DNA of 61,353 nucleotides, the filler included. It is 5 parts of 5 records of this genome, joined end to end, with 100 filler letters (N's around TTAATTAATTAA, not from the genome) between each part and the next. Parts side by side here need not be neighbours in the genome. Positions count along the whole stretch, not along the records: positions 13,296 to 31,718 come from SRR20825010_5450; positions 31,819 to 48,022 come from SRR20825010_5453; 3 more parts are not named here. One strand, 5' to 3'. Both the position numbers and the translations under genes were made by a program. The notes beneath the pieces are model-generated. The model saw only the letters and a program-made list of their open reading frames with translations. It did not search any database and was not told where the DNA came from. Of the stretch, positions 27,387 through 37,721 are shown piece after piece. The stretch's first letter is position 1, and each line of letters starts with the position of its first letter.

Positions 27387-28737
27387 GGAATTCTCCTCTC
27401 CGGGCAGGTGTATCGTTCGCATTGAAGTGTGATGGTGGGAAAACGGACGTGGCTGGAAATTCGGCCCCCGAAACCTTGATTATGGCATTGGCTGCGCGCT
27501 CGGCTGCGCCGAAGGGTGCACTACCAAATGTGGCACCGAATGCGGCTTCCTGACGGGCTCTCAAGATGTCGTCGAACCATGACTGGTTCGCAAGCGCGCT
27601 GCCAAGACGGTCTATGTCATCAACAACCTTGCCCAAATGCCAGTGGGCGAAATTGGGGTCGTCAAACCATTCTTCATGACCATTCCTCAGGAAGATGCAG
27701 GGTTTGGGGGTGGTGATGGTTTCGTACACCTGACTGGATACATCACCGAGGTATATGTCTGCCGCTCGGGTATAGGTCATGTTGGTGCTGCATGCGCTGC
27801 CTTGGTCGATGATGATGTTAGGGCAGTTGAAAAAGCGCGCCGGTATTGTCCCGCTTTGCTGTAGCCGCAGTGGCGACAAGGACAGATGTATTTTACGTGA
27901 GAACAACATGACATGGGGCGCGAAGATCAGATTGAACTGGGTGTTTTCCGCGAAAAATTCCAGCACGCGTAGGCCATGTTTGTACCAGGAGGATAAGGCC
28001 GGGTGGAAATGCGGATTATAGATAACCACCTGCCGTTCGTTGGGGAATAGACGGCGGGTAGTTTGGCGGGCAACAGCATCAAACTTCGGATATCCCACAA
28101 GGCTGAAGGCACCTTCCCGGATGATGTTTTTGTCCAGCATGCGATCCCGGATCTTAAGCCCAGGCACAAGCACATGGTCGAATTCGCGAATGATCTTCTT
28201 GAAGCCAACTGCGCGGTCGCCTGCGCCATGCTGGGTGTATATGAAGCGGGTGTTCCGGCAGCCCATATGGGTTTTGAGCATGATGCAGGTGGTTTCCGGG
28301 GCAATCAGTATGGTCATTTTTCCAAGCAGCGCGCGATGCTTGAAGAGAGCGCCGATGCGCCGCATAGGCACAGCGCCACCTGTGGCTTTCTCCACCCAAC
28401 CAGCTGGCGCGGGGGGTGGTATATGATGCACGGTGATCCGGTGCCAGAGAGTTTTGGGGATGAATGCTTTCAGTTCCTGCCTTCGTGCACGGCATGACAC
28501 AAAAGCATGCAGATGAACCCTGCCACTGTCTTTCGTGGCGAGGGCGGCGAGTATAGGCGCGCTATGCGCAAGCTGGTGTCCTTGCTCGTGGTTGAACAGG
28601 AACCCGATGTGAATGTCCTTGGCCCGCTTTGGAAACGCGGTCGGAAGCTGTAAGGCATATGGCTTGTCAGTGCTGGCTGCGAGCTGTTTGAGAAGGGAAC
28701 TGTCGGTCACCGGTTCATCCGTATCTTGTTGATGCAT
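27379..28737 (-). CDS. TagF-like (CDP-polyol phosphotransferase, GT-B fold) protein
   Basis: TQHGAGD, GYPKFD, IYNPHF, APH, LGDVSS, KPCIF parallel the TagF motifs WHG, GYPR, LYAPT, HP, ITDYSS, KP.IF; stop overlaps the downstream start (ATGCATGA). Confidence 0.7.
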   Translation of the reverse strand: MHQQDTDEPVTDSSLLKQLAASTDKPYALQLPTAFPKRAKDIHIGFLFNHEQGHQLAHSAPILAALATKDSGRVHLHAFVSCRARRQELKAFIPKTLWHRITVHHIPPPAPAGWVEKATGGAVPMRRIGALFKHRALLGKMTILIAPETTCIMLKTHMGCRNTRFIYTQHGAGDRAVGFKKIIREFDHVLVPGLKIRDRMLDKNIIREGAFSLVGYPKFDAVARQTTRRLFPNERQVVIYNPHFHPALSSWYKHGLRVLEFFAENTQFNLIFAPHVMLFSRKIHLSLSPLRLQQSGTIPARFFNCPNIIIDQGSACSTNMTYTRAADIYLGDVSSQVYETITTPKPCIFLRNGHEEWFDDPNFAHWHLGKVVDDIDRLGSALANQSWFDDILRARQEAAFGATFGSAPFGAAERAANAIIKVSGAEFPATSVFPPSHFNANDTPARRGEFHA

Positions 28738-28876
28738 ACCGATTTTCAAGCACCGATGCCAAGGGCGGGGCAAAGAGAACCGACTTTCATGACAAAAAAC
28801 AAATCTTTGCCAAATGTTGCCGTCAGCTAACCCGTTTAGCGTGCGCCTGGTTCGTGATTTTTATGAGGAAAACCCA

Positions 28877-29395
28877 ATGAATAAGATTTTTGCCAAGGTT
28901 TCAGCGTTGATGATGGCTGTGGTTCTGTTTTTTGCTGTGCAACCACTTGTTCACGCGGAAGAACATAACCCAGAGCTCATCGGGTTGGTCAGGGCTGGCG
29001 AGATCGCGGAGCAGAATTTGAACGCGCGACTTATCGAGGCGGAATTGGACACCAAGGATGATATCCTTTGCTACAAGATAGATGTTGCCAAGGCGGGCGA
29101 TCATTTCCAGCTGTGGATTAACGCGCACACAGGCAGCATCTTGCGCGCAAAAAAACCCTTCCTTTCCAACCTGTGGATTGATGTGGCGGCGGGCAAGCGG
29201 CTAAAGGTGGCTCGAAACGTGCCATCAGCATTGCCGCACATGCGTCGACTGCAAGAGGAAACCGGCGGTGATGTACAATATATGCGTTTTGACATTGCAG
29301 ATGATCAGCCCCAATATGAGGTTGAGATCATAACCCAGGCTGGACCGACTGAGCTTCTGGTCGATGCAGTCACCGGGGCTCGCGCAGCCAGATAA
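28877..29395 (+). CDS. Exported PepSY-domain protein (two PepSY repeats)
   Basis: Signal peptide ending VHA; repeats ending INAHTGSIL and VDAVTGA. Confidence 0.75.
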   Translation: MNKIFAKVSALMMAVVLFFAVQPLVHAEEHNPELIGLVRAGEIAEQNLNARLIEAELDTKDDILCYKIDVAKAGDHFQLWINAHTGSILRAKKPFLSNLWIDVAAGKRLKVARNVPSALPHMRRLQEETGGDVQYMRFDIADDQPQYEVEIITQAGPTELLVDAVTGARAAR

Positions 29396-29422
29396 CCCTT
29401 AACCGTGAGAGCGGAACTTCTT

Positions 29423-30100
29423 GTGCAGATATTGCTGGTAGAAGACGACAAACGCGTATCGGAGCATGTAGCGGGTGGCCTGCGTCAGGCAGGCCATACT
29501 GCTGAGTGTGTGAACGACGGAAAACAGGCACTCTATATATCGGCGGCAGAAAGTTTTGATGTGATCATCCTTGACCGGATGCTGCCGACAGTAGATGGAC
29601 TGACCATTTTACAGACCATGCGCGCAGCTGAAGACCATACACCGGTCCTACTTCTCAGTGCCCTTGGCGAAGTGGATGAAAAGGTGAAAGGCTTGAGGGC
29701 GGGAGCAGATGACTATCTTGCCAAACCCTTTTCTTTTTCGGAACTGCTGGCGCGCGTCGAAGTTCTTGCGCGCAGAGGACCAACCAAACCGGAGAAAACC
29801 ATACTCTCCGTTATGGATCTGGAGCTTGACCTGCTGGCCCATGAGGTCAGCCGCGCTGGCCAGCGTATTGAGTTGACAGCGCGAGAGTTTCGCATTCTTG
29901 AGTATCTCATGCGCAACCTCGGCAGGGTGGTGACCCGCTCCATGCTTCTTGAAAAAGTATGGGAATATCATTTTGATCCTCAGACCAATATTATTGACCA
30001 GCATGTCAGCCGCCTGCGACAGAAGGTGGATAAGGGTTTTAACGCCCAACTCATCCACACAGTTCGGGGAACCGGCTATATGATTAGGCCGTCGGCTTGA
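29423..30100 (+). CDS. OmpR-family response regulator (CusR/CopR-like)
   Basis: ILLVEDD, DRMLP, GADDYLAKPF, IHTVRGTGY. Confidence 0.93.
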   Translation: MQILLVEDDKRVSEHVAGGLRQAGHTAECVNDGKQALYISAAESFDVIILDRMLPTVDGLTILQTMRAAEDHTPVLLLSALGEVDEKVKGLRAGADDYLAKPFSFSELLARVEVLARRGPTKPEKTILSVMDLELDLLAHEVSRAGQRIELTAREFRILEYLMRNLGRVVTRSMLLEKVWEYHFDPQTNIIDQHVSRLRQKVDKGFNAQLIHTVRGTGYMIRPSA

Positions 30101-30110
30101 GGAGCAATCG

Positions 30111-31505
30111 GTGAAACCTGCATTCCTGACGTACTTGCGCCATAGTTTCGCATTCCGGCTGGTTATGCTTTATGTCGTCATGTTTATGGTGTCGGTCAGT
30201 GTTTTGACTGGCATAACCTATTGGGCGCTGGTGGCTGAGCCGCGGGAAGAAACCGCGGCAACAGTAAGGGCAGAACGTGACCAGCTCTCGGACATCTACA
30301 AACTGGAAGGCCGGGAGGCACTTGTGCGGGCGCTGGAGGTGCGGGCGCAGGACCCAGCCCCCCGGAAAGCATTTCATGTCTTTATCGCGCCAGATGGTGA
30401 GGTGGTCAGCAGCAACCTGCCAAGTTGGCCCAGCCAACCTCATTTCAGTTTCTTTGAAATAGAGGCCGACCGCTACGTTGAGGGTGATGAAGTGGACTAT
30501 CAGGCCCTCTCGCTCGAACAGGTATTTGCAGATGGTTCGCGCCTAATCGTGGGGCGGGATATTGAGGATATAGGAGACAGGGAAGAGCGGCTTATTGAGG
30601 TGTTGGTGGCTGCTGCGGTTATCTCTGTCCTGCTGGGAAGTGCAGGCGGCATTTTCATGAGCCTTGCCGTCGGCAGGCGAATTGATGCCATTAATACCGC
30701 TGCGCAGCAGGTTATAAAGGGTGACCTGTCGAGGCGTGTGCCCACGACAGGATCAGCCGATGATTTTGATAAACTCTCGGTAACCCTTAATGAGATGCTC
30801 GACCGTATCGAAAGGTCGGTTGAAGCAATTAGCCGGGTTTCCGATAGTGTTGCCCACGAGTTGCGCCTGCCGCTCACTCGCCTTCATGCTGAACTTGAGG
30901 ATCTGGCTGCGAAGGCGGACAGTGGTGAACTGACGCCAGAGCATGCCGCTCGCGCCATAGCGGAGTCAGAAAGGCTGAAAGCGGTGTTTGAAGCGCTTCT
31001 CCGCATCGCCCGCATTGAAACGGGCCGCCATAACATCAACAGGGAAAATGTCGATCTTGGCCGCCTTGTGACCGATGTGGTTGAACTATACGCGCCAGAG
31101 GCAGAGGCAAAAGTGCTGACCATCAACTGTCAAAATGAAGGGAATGCTCTTACAAAGGGCGACCCCAATCTCCTGTTCCAGATGATGTCCAACCTTCTGG
31201 ATAATGCGGTTAAATTCGCGCCGCCTCAATCTGTCATTATGGTTCAACTGTGGCAGGAAGGCGATCACGCCTGTTTTACAGTCGAGAATGAAGGAACCGG
31301 TATTCCAGCTGATCAGCGCGCTAAGGTTCTAGAGAGATTCTACCGCGTCGGGCACCCGGATGTGCCCGGTCTTGGCCTGGGCCTTAGTCTCGTGGACGTT
31401 GTGGTAAAGGCCCATGATGGCGATTTGGCCTTTGCCAACACGGCACATGGCTTTTCGGTTCAGGTAAACTTGAAATCCGTGCAGCCTGAACCTCTGAAAA
31501 CTTGA
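30111..31505 (+). CDS. HAMP-domain sensor histidine kinase
   Basis: 2 TM, HAMP, AHELRLPL H-box, NLLDNAVK, GLGLGL. Confidence 0.93.
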   Translation: MKPAFLTYLRHSFAFRLVMLYVVMFMVSVSVLTGITYWALVAEPREETAATVRAERDQLSDIYKLEGREALVRALEVRAQDPAPRKAFHVFIAPDGEVVSSNLPSWPSQPHFSFFEIEADRYVEGDEVDYQALSLEQVFADGSRLIVGRDIEDIGDREERLIEVLVAAAVISVLLGSAGGIFMSLAVGRRIDAINTAAQQVIKGDLSRRVPTTGSADDFDKLSVTLNEMLDRIERSVEAISRVSDSVAHELRLPLTRLHAELEDLAAKADSGELTPEHAARAIAESERLKAVFEALLRIARIETGRHNINRENVDLGRLVTDVVELYAPEAEAKVLTINCQNEGNALTKGDPNLLFQMMSNLLDNAVKFAPPQSVIMVQLWQEGDHACFTVENEGTGIPADQRAKVLERFYRVGHPDVPGLGLGLSLVDVVVKAHDGDLAFANTAHGFSVQVNLKSVQPEPLKT

Positions 31506-31512
31506 TTACTAT

Positions 31513-31718
31513 GAGTGCAATCACTTACGGATCAGCAAGAGTTTTACCAACTGATGAAATACAAGGATGATATCGATCTAGAGGCCAAACTGTCGGAATG
31601 GGAGACGTTCTATAACTTTACCAGACCTCATGGAGCCCATGGCGGTAAAACGCCCTATGAACCCCTGAGGGAGAAGCTACAATAAATCCACGAGATGTCC
31701 CACGAGGTCGTACATTCC
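31513..31718 (+). mobile_element. IS481-family transposase remnant (C-terminal ~55 codons, frameshifted) and probable right end
   Basis: Not in the ORF track; reads TDQQEFYQLMKYKDDIDLEAKLSEWETFYNFTRPHGAHGGKTPYEPLREKLQ* (stop 31683-31685), a typical IS481 integrase tail; no N-terminal part. Confidence 0.75.
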
Positions 31719-31818
31719 NNNNNNNNNNNNNNNNNNNNNNNNNNNNNNNNNNNNNNNNNNNNTTAATTAATTAANNNNNNNNNNNNNNNNNNNNNNNNNN
31801 NNNNNNNNNNNNNNNNNN
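31719..31818. other. Artificial contig linker
   Basis: N44-TTAATTAATTAA-N44; GC falls sharply after it. Confidence 0.99.
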
Positions 31819-31819
31819 A

Positions 31820-33661
31820 GAAATAGATGAATCCAATGCAGAGGATGCCGAAGATTCGGACAACCATCAGCGACACCATATTCCCATGCCAGATTACCAC
31901 GCTATGTCCATGGAGAATTTGGTAGGTGAACTTCAGCGATTGGTAAGGAATGAAAAGGTGCAGGCCATTAAAAAACATGTTGATGGCATTAAATATGAGT
32001 TCGACCAGAAGTTTCAGGAGTTTATAGACGAAAAGAAGGAGGACTTTGTAAATAGTGGTGGAAACGAAATAGATTTCCGATACAATTCCGTTGCCAAAAG
32101 ACAGTTCAACGAGGTATATTCAGATTACCGCGAAAAAAGAAATAGCTATTATAAGAACCTGGAACAGGGACTTAAATCCAATCTTGCACAAAGATTGGAA
32201 ATCATCAACGAGCTTAAAGCTTTGGTCAACGTTGAAGAGGATATAAACACAACCTACAAAAACTTTAAAGATCTTCAAGAGCGCTGGAAAAATGCCGGCC
32301 CAATTCCACGTGCCAATTACAATGATGTTTGGCGAACATACCACCATCACATTGAAATATTTTACGACTTCCTTCATCTAAATAGGGAGCTAAGGGATCT
32401 GGATTTTAAGCACAACTACGAGGAAAAACTAAAGATCGTAGTGCGGGCGGAAGAGTTGGTCCAAATGGAGGATTTAAACAAGGCATTTCAAGAACTTCAG
32501 ACCCTACATAAAATCTGGAAGGAAGATATTGGCCCCGTTGGCAAGGAGCACAGGGAAGAGATTTGGGACCGTTTTAGCAATGCTACCAAATTGCTGCACC
32601 AAAGACGACAGGATTACTATAAAGACTTGGAAAAGGTCTACGAACAGAACCTGGAAAAGAAACACGAAATAATTCAAGCTATAAGTACAATAGCTACCCA
32701 CATTGCTTCCAGTCACAAAGAATTGCAACAACAAATAAGGGAAGTTGAAAAATTGCGAGATTCATTCTTTAAAGCGGGAAAAGTACCCCAAAAAGTAAAT
32801 GAGAGGACTTGGGCAAGTTTTAAGGACGCGGTACGTGAGTTTAACAGAAACAAAAACAACTATTACAAAAATTTAAAGAAAGACCAACAGGCAAATCTCG
32901 ATAAAAAAAGGGCACTGTTGGAGCTGGCAGTTTCCTTAAAGGATAGTGAGGAATGGGATACTACCACCCAGGAAATGAAAAGAATTCAGAACGAATGGAA
33001 AAAAATTGGGCATGTTCCCAGAAAATACTCCGACAAAATATGGAAGGAGTTCAAAACTGCCTGCAACCATTATTTTGATCGTTTACATGCCTTAAAAAAT
33101 GAAGCCCACAAGGAAGAGATAGAGAATTTTGACAAGAAAAATGCATGTCTGGAAAATTTAAAGAGTTTTCAATTAAGTGGTGATAAAAGTAAGGATTTAG
33201 CCGCTATCAAAGAGTTTATTGCAGAATGGAAAGAAGCTGGTAGGGTTCCTTTTAATAAAAAGAGCATTAATGCCAAGTTCAACAAAATTCTAGATGCCCT
33301 GTTCAAAAAATTGGATGTCAATAGACAGGAAGCGGAATTGTTGAAATACGGCAACAAGATTCAGCAACTAGCCAATAATGACAACGACTACGCTATCTCC
33401 AACGAACGTACTTTTATCAGAAGAAAAATAGACGAAAGCAAGAGTGAAATTAGGCAATTGGAAAACAATCTTCAATTCTTTTCCAATGCTTCCGAGGATA
33501 ATCCCTTGGTAAAAGAAGTAATCAAAAACATAAACAACCACAAGGAATCGTTGGCCACATGGAAGGCCAAATTAAAAAAGTTGAACATTCTTGAAAATAA
33601 TTTGATAAAAGAGGCGGAAGAGGCGGAAAATGAACAAGATTCCTCCGCGGACGAAGAATAG
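31820..33661 (+). CDS. DUF349 repeat protein (5'-truncated)
   Basis: Frame open from the contig edge; repeated WK..G.(V/I)P..W..F motifs. Confidence 0.88.
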   Translation, partial: EIDESNAEDAEDSDNHQRHHIPMPDYHAMSMENLVGELQRLVRNEKVQAIKKHVDGIKYEFDQKFQEFIDEKKEDFVNSGGNEIDFRYNSVAKRQFNEVYSDYREKRNSYYKNLEQGLKSNLAQRLEIINELKALVNVEEDINTTYKNFKDLQERWKNAGPIPRANYNDVWRTYHHHIEIFYDFLHLNRELRDLDFKHNYEEKLKIVVRAEELVQMEDLNKAFQELQTLHKIWKEDIGPVGKEHREEIWDRFSNATKLLHQRRQDYYKDLEKVYEQNLEKKHEIIQAISTIATHIASSHKELQQQIREVEKLRDSFFKAGKVPQKVNERTWASFKDAVREFNRNKNNYYKNLKKDQQANLDKKRALLELAVSLKDSEEWDTTTQEMKRIQNEWKKIGHVPRKYSDKIWKEFKTACNHYFDRLHALKNEAHKEEIENFDKKNACLENLKSFQLSGDKSKDLAAIKEFIAEWKEAGRVPFNKKSINAKFNKILDALFKKLDVNRQEAELLKYGNKIQQLANNDNDYAISNERTFIRRKIDESKSEIRQLENNLQFFSNASEDNPLVKEVIKNINNHKESLATWKAKLKKLNILENNLIKEAEEAENEQDSSADEE

Positions 33662-33716
33662 ACCTCTATCTTAACAATAAAAAAATAAGCACATTAATAG
33701 AAATAAGGTTAGTGTA

Positions 33717-34571
33717 ATGATGGCTTTATGGTTTGTTATTTCGCTAACAAGCTGTGGTACGCCTAGAATAGTTGTAAAAGAAACAGCCGGTCCCCTTTCC
33801 AACCAGTTACCGGAACCAAATTTGGTATTTGTTATTACAAAAGAGGATCCTAACCTCAACGATTCCCTACTTATCGGCACCATAGCTACCAAGCATAATG
33901 GCTTTAGCGGGGATTGCAATCTTCGACAAGTTAAACGGGCAGCACAAAAAGAAGCAAAAGAAATTGGCGGCAATTTAATATTTATAACAAGACACAAGCT
34001 CCCTAACGCCATATTAAATCCATGTCATAGAATTAGAGGAAATATCTATTCCGTTCCCAATCCAGAAGCCTTTGAAAAGGAAATTCTCTGGAATACCAAT
34101 AGAAAACTTAAAGTAAGAGATTTTAAGGGATCAACTAAAGACAAACCCTTTGTTGCTGCCACAAATGCCTATTTTGGTTATACTACCAGCGTAAAATCAG
34201 AAGAAAACACAATTATTATAGAAGTAGATACCTATTTCGATTGTGAGCTATCCTATTTTAAAAATAATAAGAGCCAATCCCTAGTATTAAATCACGAACA
34301 GTTGCATTTTGACATTACCGAACTCTACGCTAGAAAATTTATTCAAAGACTACACCTTGAGGTTAAGAGTTTTAAGGACTTGATAAAGAATGTAGAGCGC
34401 ATAGGGAATGAAGTAAACAAAGAACTTCAATTAAAACAGGAGGCATACGACACGGCTGTATATAGTGATCTATCACAACAATCCTATTGGGATGAATGGA
34501 CAGAAACGGCTTTAGAAGAATTGGCCATGTACAACAACAAAACCATAAGCAGACCCTACAAAAAAGAATAG
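33717..34571 (+). CDS. Lipoprotein with C-terminal DUF922-like HExxH (zincin-like) domain
   Basis: Lipobox LTSC; VLNHEQLHFDITELYARK. Confidence 0.65.
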   Translation: MMALWFVISLTSCGTPRIVVKETAGPLSNQLPEPNLVFVITKEDPNLNDSLLIGTIATKHNGFSGDCNLRQVKRAAQKEAKEIGGNLIFITRHKLPNAILNPCHRIRGNIYSVPNPEAFEKEILWNTNRKLKVRDFKGSTKDKPFVAATNAYFGYTTSVKSEENTIIIEVDTYFDCELSYFKNNKSQSLVLNHEQLHFDITELYARKFIQRLHLEVKSFKDLIKNVERIGNEVNKELQLKQEAYDTAVYSDLSQQSYWDEWTETALEELAMYNNKTISRPYKKE

Positions 34572-34586
34572 AAAATTCCGTGGGTT

Positions 34587-35384
34587 TTAGCAATTTGGTC
34601 CAGACATCTGCTCCACTGAAACATTCATATTTAAAATCTCCACTGGGTTTCCAAATTGGGTGAAGATGGCAACGTCGGCCGCGTCCCGGCCATAGGCGAT
34701 TGCGATACGACCTCCCTTTAAATCAGCTTGTGTAGGATCTAGTGTGTACCACCTATTTCCAACATAGACCTCGAACCACGCGTGTAAATCCATCGGAACA
34801 AGGCCCTCAAGGTATCCCACGACCATACGGGCCGGTATTGATAGTGCTCGGCAACAAGCTATTCCCAAATGGGCCATATCCCTACATACTCCGCTGCTTA
34901 ATTGGTTCAACTCTGTGGCACTTATAATCTGCTGCCCGGTTCCAGGTGTGTACTGTATGGTGTTTCGGACATAATCAACAATTGCGGTGCACTGATCATA
35001 ACCAGAGGAATAACCTCTTACAAGTGATGCAGCCATTTCAGTAAATCGATCCGACTCACAATACCGGCTTGGGTGAAGAAAAGGAAGGGTGTCATCAGGC
35101 AATTGTTGTACTTCGACAAATGGAGCGTTGGGAGCGGTATCGGAGGAGTCCGCTGTTTCCACATATGCAGATGTTCGCACTGAAAAATTCCCTGCCGGTG
35201 CAACCAGTCGCTGACACAAATTGCCGAAGTTATCCGTGAACTCGTTCACTGGTGCGCTAGGTGTCAAAATATACTCTTCACGTGCAATCCACTGATTCCG
35301 TCCACTTCGCGGACGTAACTTCAACAAAAACGGAGTAGGAACCGGTATTTGGAATTCAAGCAAGCAGGATGCGTTTAACCACAT
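34587..35384 (-). CDS. Transglutaminase-like cysteine protease family protein
   Basis: [16 protein letters not shown] (Cys), DLHAWFE (His), TLDPT (Asp), GRDAADV. Confidence 0.88.
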   Translation of the reverse strand: MWLNASCLLEFQIPVPTPFLLKLRPRSGRNQWIAREEYILTPSAPVNEFTDNFGNLCQRLVAPAGNFSVRTSAYVETADSSDTAPNAPFVEVQQLPDDTLPFLHPSRYCESDRFTEMAASLVRGYSSGYDQCTAIVDYVRNTIQYTPGTGQQIISATELNQLSSGVCRDMAHLGIACCRALSIPARMVVGYLEGLVPMDLHAWFEVYVGNRWYTLDPTQADLKGGRIAIAYGRDAADVAIFTQFGNPVEILNMNVSVEQMSGPNC

Positions 35385-35559
35385 AACAATATTTTCTGAT
35401 TAAATTATACGCTCACATTCACGCTTGTGAATAGATACGGAGAACATAAGATTAAATAGAGGGAAATGTAATTTGGTTTCCATTACCAACTATAATACTT
35501 GTCCCATCAAATATTATTAAGACAGGCAAGAATCTACTTGTTTATTTACAATAGATAAT

Positions 35560-35610
35560 AAAAGAACTTCCCCAAAACGATCTTCATAATCATTTTGGGG
35601 AAGTTCTTTT
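35560..35610 (-). terminator. Intrinsic terminator of rny
   Basis: 18-bp perfect inverted repeat AAAAGAACTTCCCCAAAA / TTTTGGGGAAGTTCTTTT just past the rny stop. Confidence 0.8.
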
Positions 35611-35626
35611 CAATTTCCTTACAAAA

Positions 35627-37192
35627 TTACTTGGCTACGTTTACCGCTCTAGTTTCCCTAATAACTGTAACTTTCACCTGACCAGGATAAGTCATATCCG
35701 TTTGGATTTTTTGGGAAATTTCAAAAGAAAGCTCGGCCGCCTTGTCATCGCTCACTTTTTCACTTTCAACAATAACCCTTAATTCCCTTCCTGCCTGAAT
35801 GGCGTATGCCTTTTGCACTCCACCAAATCCGAAGGCGATATCTTCCAAATCCTTTAATCGCTGAATGTATGAATCCAACACTTGTCTTCTTGCCCCTGGT
35901 CTTGCACCGCTAATGGCATCACACACTTGCACTATTGGCGCAATAAGTGTTTTCATTTCAATCTCATCGTGGTGGGCACCAATAGCATTGCACACATCAG
36001 GTTTCTCTCCAAATTTTTCAGCCCATTGCATACCAAGAATGGCATGTGGGGTTTCTACCTCGGCCTCTGTATTTGGGACTTTTCCTATATCGTGCAATAG
36101 ACCGGCACGCTTGGCCAATTTTGGGTTTAATCCCAACTCGGCCGCCATAACACCACATAGTTTGGCAACTTCCCTGGAATGTTGCAATAGGTTCTGGCCA
36201 TAGGAAGAACGATACTTCATTCTACCCACTGCCTTGATCAATTCTGGATGCAGTCCGTGTATCCCTAAATCGATTACCGTACGTTTACCTATTTCAACAA
36301 TTTCCTCCTCTATCTGCTTTTCTGTCTTTTTAACAATTTCCTCAATTCTTGCTGGATGTATCCTACCATCTGTTACCAATTTGTGCAAAGACAAACGTGC
36401 AACCTCCCTGCGTACAGAATCGAAACAGGAAAGGATAATGGCCTCGGGAGTATCGTCTACAATTATTTCAACCCCTGTAGCCGCTTCCAATGCCCTAATA
36501 TTTCGTCCTTCACGCCCAATTATCCTTCCCTTAACATCATCGGATTCCAAATTAAACACGGAAACACAATTTTCCACTGCCTCTTCAGTACCAATTCGCT
36601 GAATGGTATTGATAATAATTTTCTTGGCTTCTTGTTGGGCCGTAAGCTTTGCTTCTTCCACCGTAGTCTGAATATAGGCCATGGCATCCGATTTTGCGGT
36701 ATCCTTAAGGGACTCCAACAACTGTGATTTGGCCTCCTCGGCAGATAGGCCGGAAATTACTTCCAACTGTTGTACCTGGCTTTTGTGAAGTTTTTCAAGC
36801 TCGGATTGTTTCTTTTCCAAGAATTCACTCTTGTAATCTACCTCTTTCAGCTTACTCTCTAGCTGCTCTCCCAATTTCTTGCCTTTTGCAAGTTCACTAC
36901 TGACTTGTGATTCTTTATCCCTTGTTCGTTTTTCTGCCTCTGAAATTTTCTTATCCTTATTGATAATTACCTTCTCGTGCTCTGCCTTTAGTTCCAGGAA
37001 CTTTTCCTTAGCCTGAAATATTTTATCCTTCTTAATATTTTCACCTTCAATATTGGCTTCCTTAATTATGTTTGCCGCCTCTTTTTTTGCGCTGGCTATG
37101 GTTTTGGAGGCCTTTCCCTTTTCCATAAATTTCGCAATGGCAAATCCAATTCCCAATCCAACCAATCCTATTATTATTGCTATACTATCCAT
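35627..37192 (-). CDS. rny: Ribonuclease Y
   Basis: N-terminal TM, coiled coil, KH ([13 protein letters not shown]), HD (GLLHDIGK), C-terminal VIRETRA. Confidence 0.97.
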   Translation of the reverse strand: MDSIAIIIGLVGLGIGFAIAKFMEKGKASKTIASAKKEAANIIKEANIEGENIKKDKIFQAKEKFLELKAEHEKVIINKDKKISEAEKRTRDKESQVSSELAKGKKLGEQLESKLKEVDYKSEFLEKKQSELEKLHKSQVQQLEVISGLSAEEAKSQLLESLKDTAKSDAMAYIQTTVEEAKLTAQQEAKKIIINTIQRIGTEEAVENCVSVFNLESDDVKGRIIGREGRNIRALEAATGVEIIVDDTPEAIILSCFDSVRREVARLSLHKLVTDGRIHPARIEEIVKKTEKQIEEEIVEIGKRTVIDLGIHGLHPELIKAVGRMKYRSSYGQNLLQHSREVAKLCGVMAAELGLNPKLAKRAGLLHDIGKVPNTEAEVETPHAILGMQWAEKFGEKPDVCNAIGAHHDEIEMKTLIAPIVQVCDAISGARPGARRQVLDSYIQRLKDLEDIAFGFGGVQKAYAIQAGRELRVIVESEKVSDDKAAELSFEISQKIQTDMTYPGQVKVTVIRETRAVNVAK

Positions 37193-37215
37193 ATTTATTT
37201 TGAAAATTATTTATA

Positions 37216-37387
37216 AAAAAAGCCCACATTGATGGAAGATTTGTACAAACCCCGATAAACAGGTTTAGGGCTACCAGACTGCTCAAGGATCCTTATACTA
37301 GTAAGGCCTGCTTTTACAATCTAAACTCACCCTTTTCAAACAAATTAGTGTTGAGTTTGTCAAAAATTAATTACCAATGTGGGCAGT
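37216..37387 (-). ncRNA. ssrS: 6S RNA (6S-Flavo type)
   Basis: Lies between zapA and rny; closing stem GCCCACATTG (37222-31) / CAATGTGGGC (37375-84) then a U-run; inner pairings ACAAACTC/GGGTTTGT flank a central bubble. Confidence 0.8.
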
Positions 37388-37410
37388 AACTATATTTATT
37401 TTAAAGAACG

Positions 37411-37707
37411 TTATTTCATCCCTAGCTTGGAACTGACCAACATGTTCAGTGCTTTTAGTCGCTCTGCTGCTTCTTTTACACCTTCTGAATGGTCTATTCC
37501 TTTTTGCTCAATCTTGGAGGCAAACTGAAGTGCGCACATGGCCAGCACATCTTGCTTATCCCTAACGGCATAGTTTTGCTCAAATTTCTTTGCCAGCTGT
37601 TCTATATTCTTAGCCGCCTTTCTTAAGCCCTCTTCCTGTAGAGGATCAATTGTTAAGGGATATACCCTATCTGCTATAGAAAGCTTAATTTTGAGCTTCT
37701 CTGCCAT
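37411..37707 (-). CDS. zapA: Cell division protein ZapA
   Basis: IADRVYPLTI..EEGLRKAA...DKQDVLAMCALQFA. Confidence 0.92.
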   Translation of the reverse strand: MAEKLKIKLSIADRVYPLTIDPLQEEGLRKAAKNIEQLAKKFEQNYAVRDKQDVLAMCALQFASKIEQKGIDHSEGVKEAAERLKALNMLVSSKLGMK

Positions 37708-37721
37708 ATTGTTTATTTACA

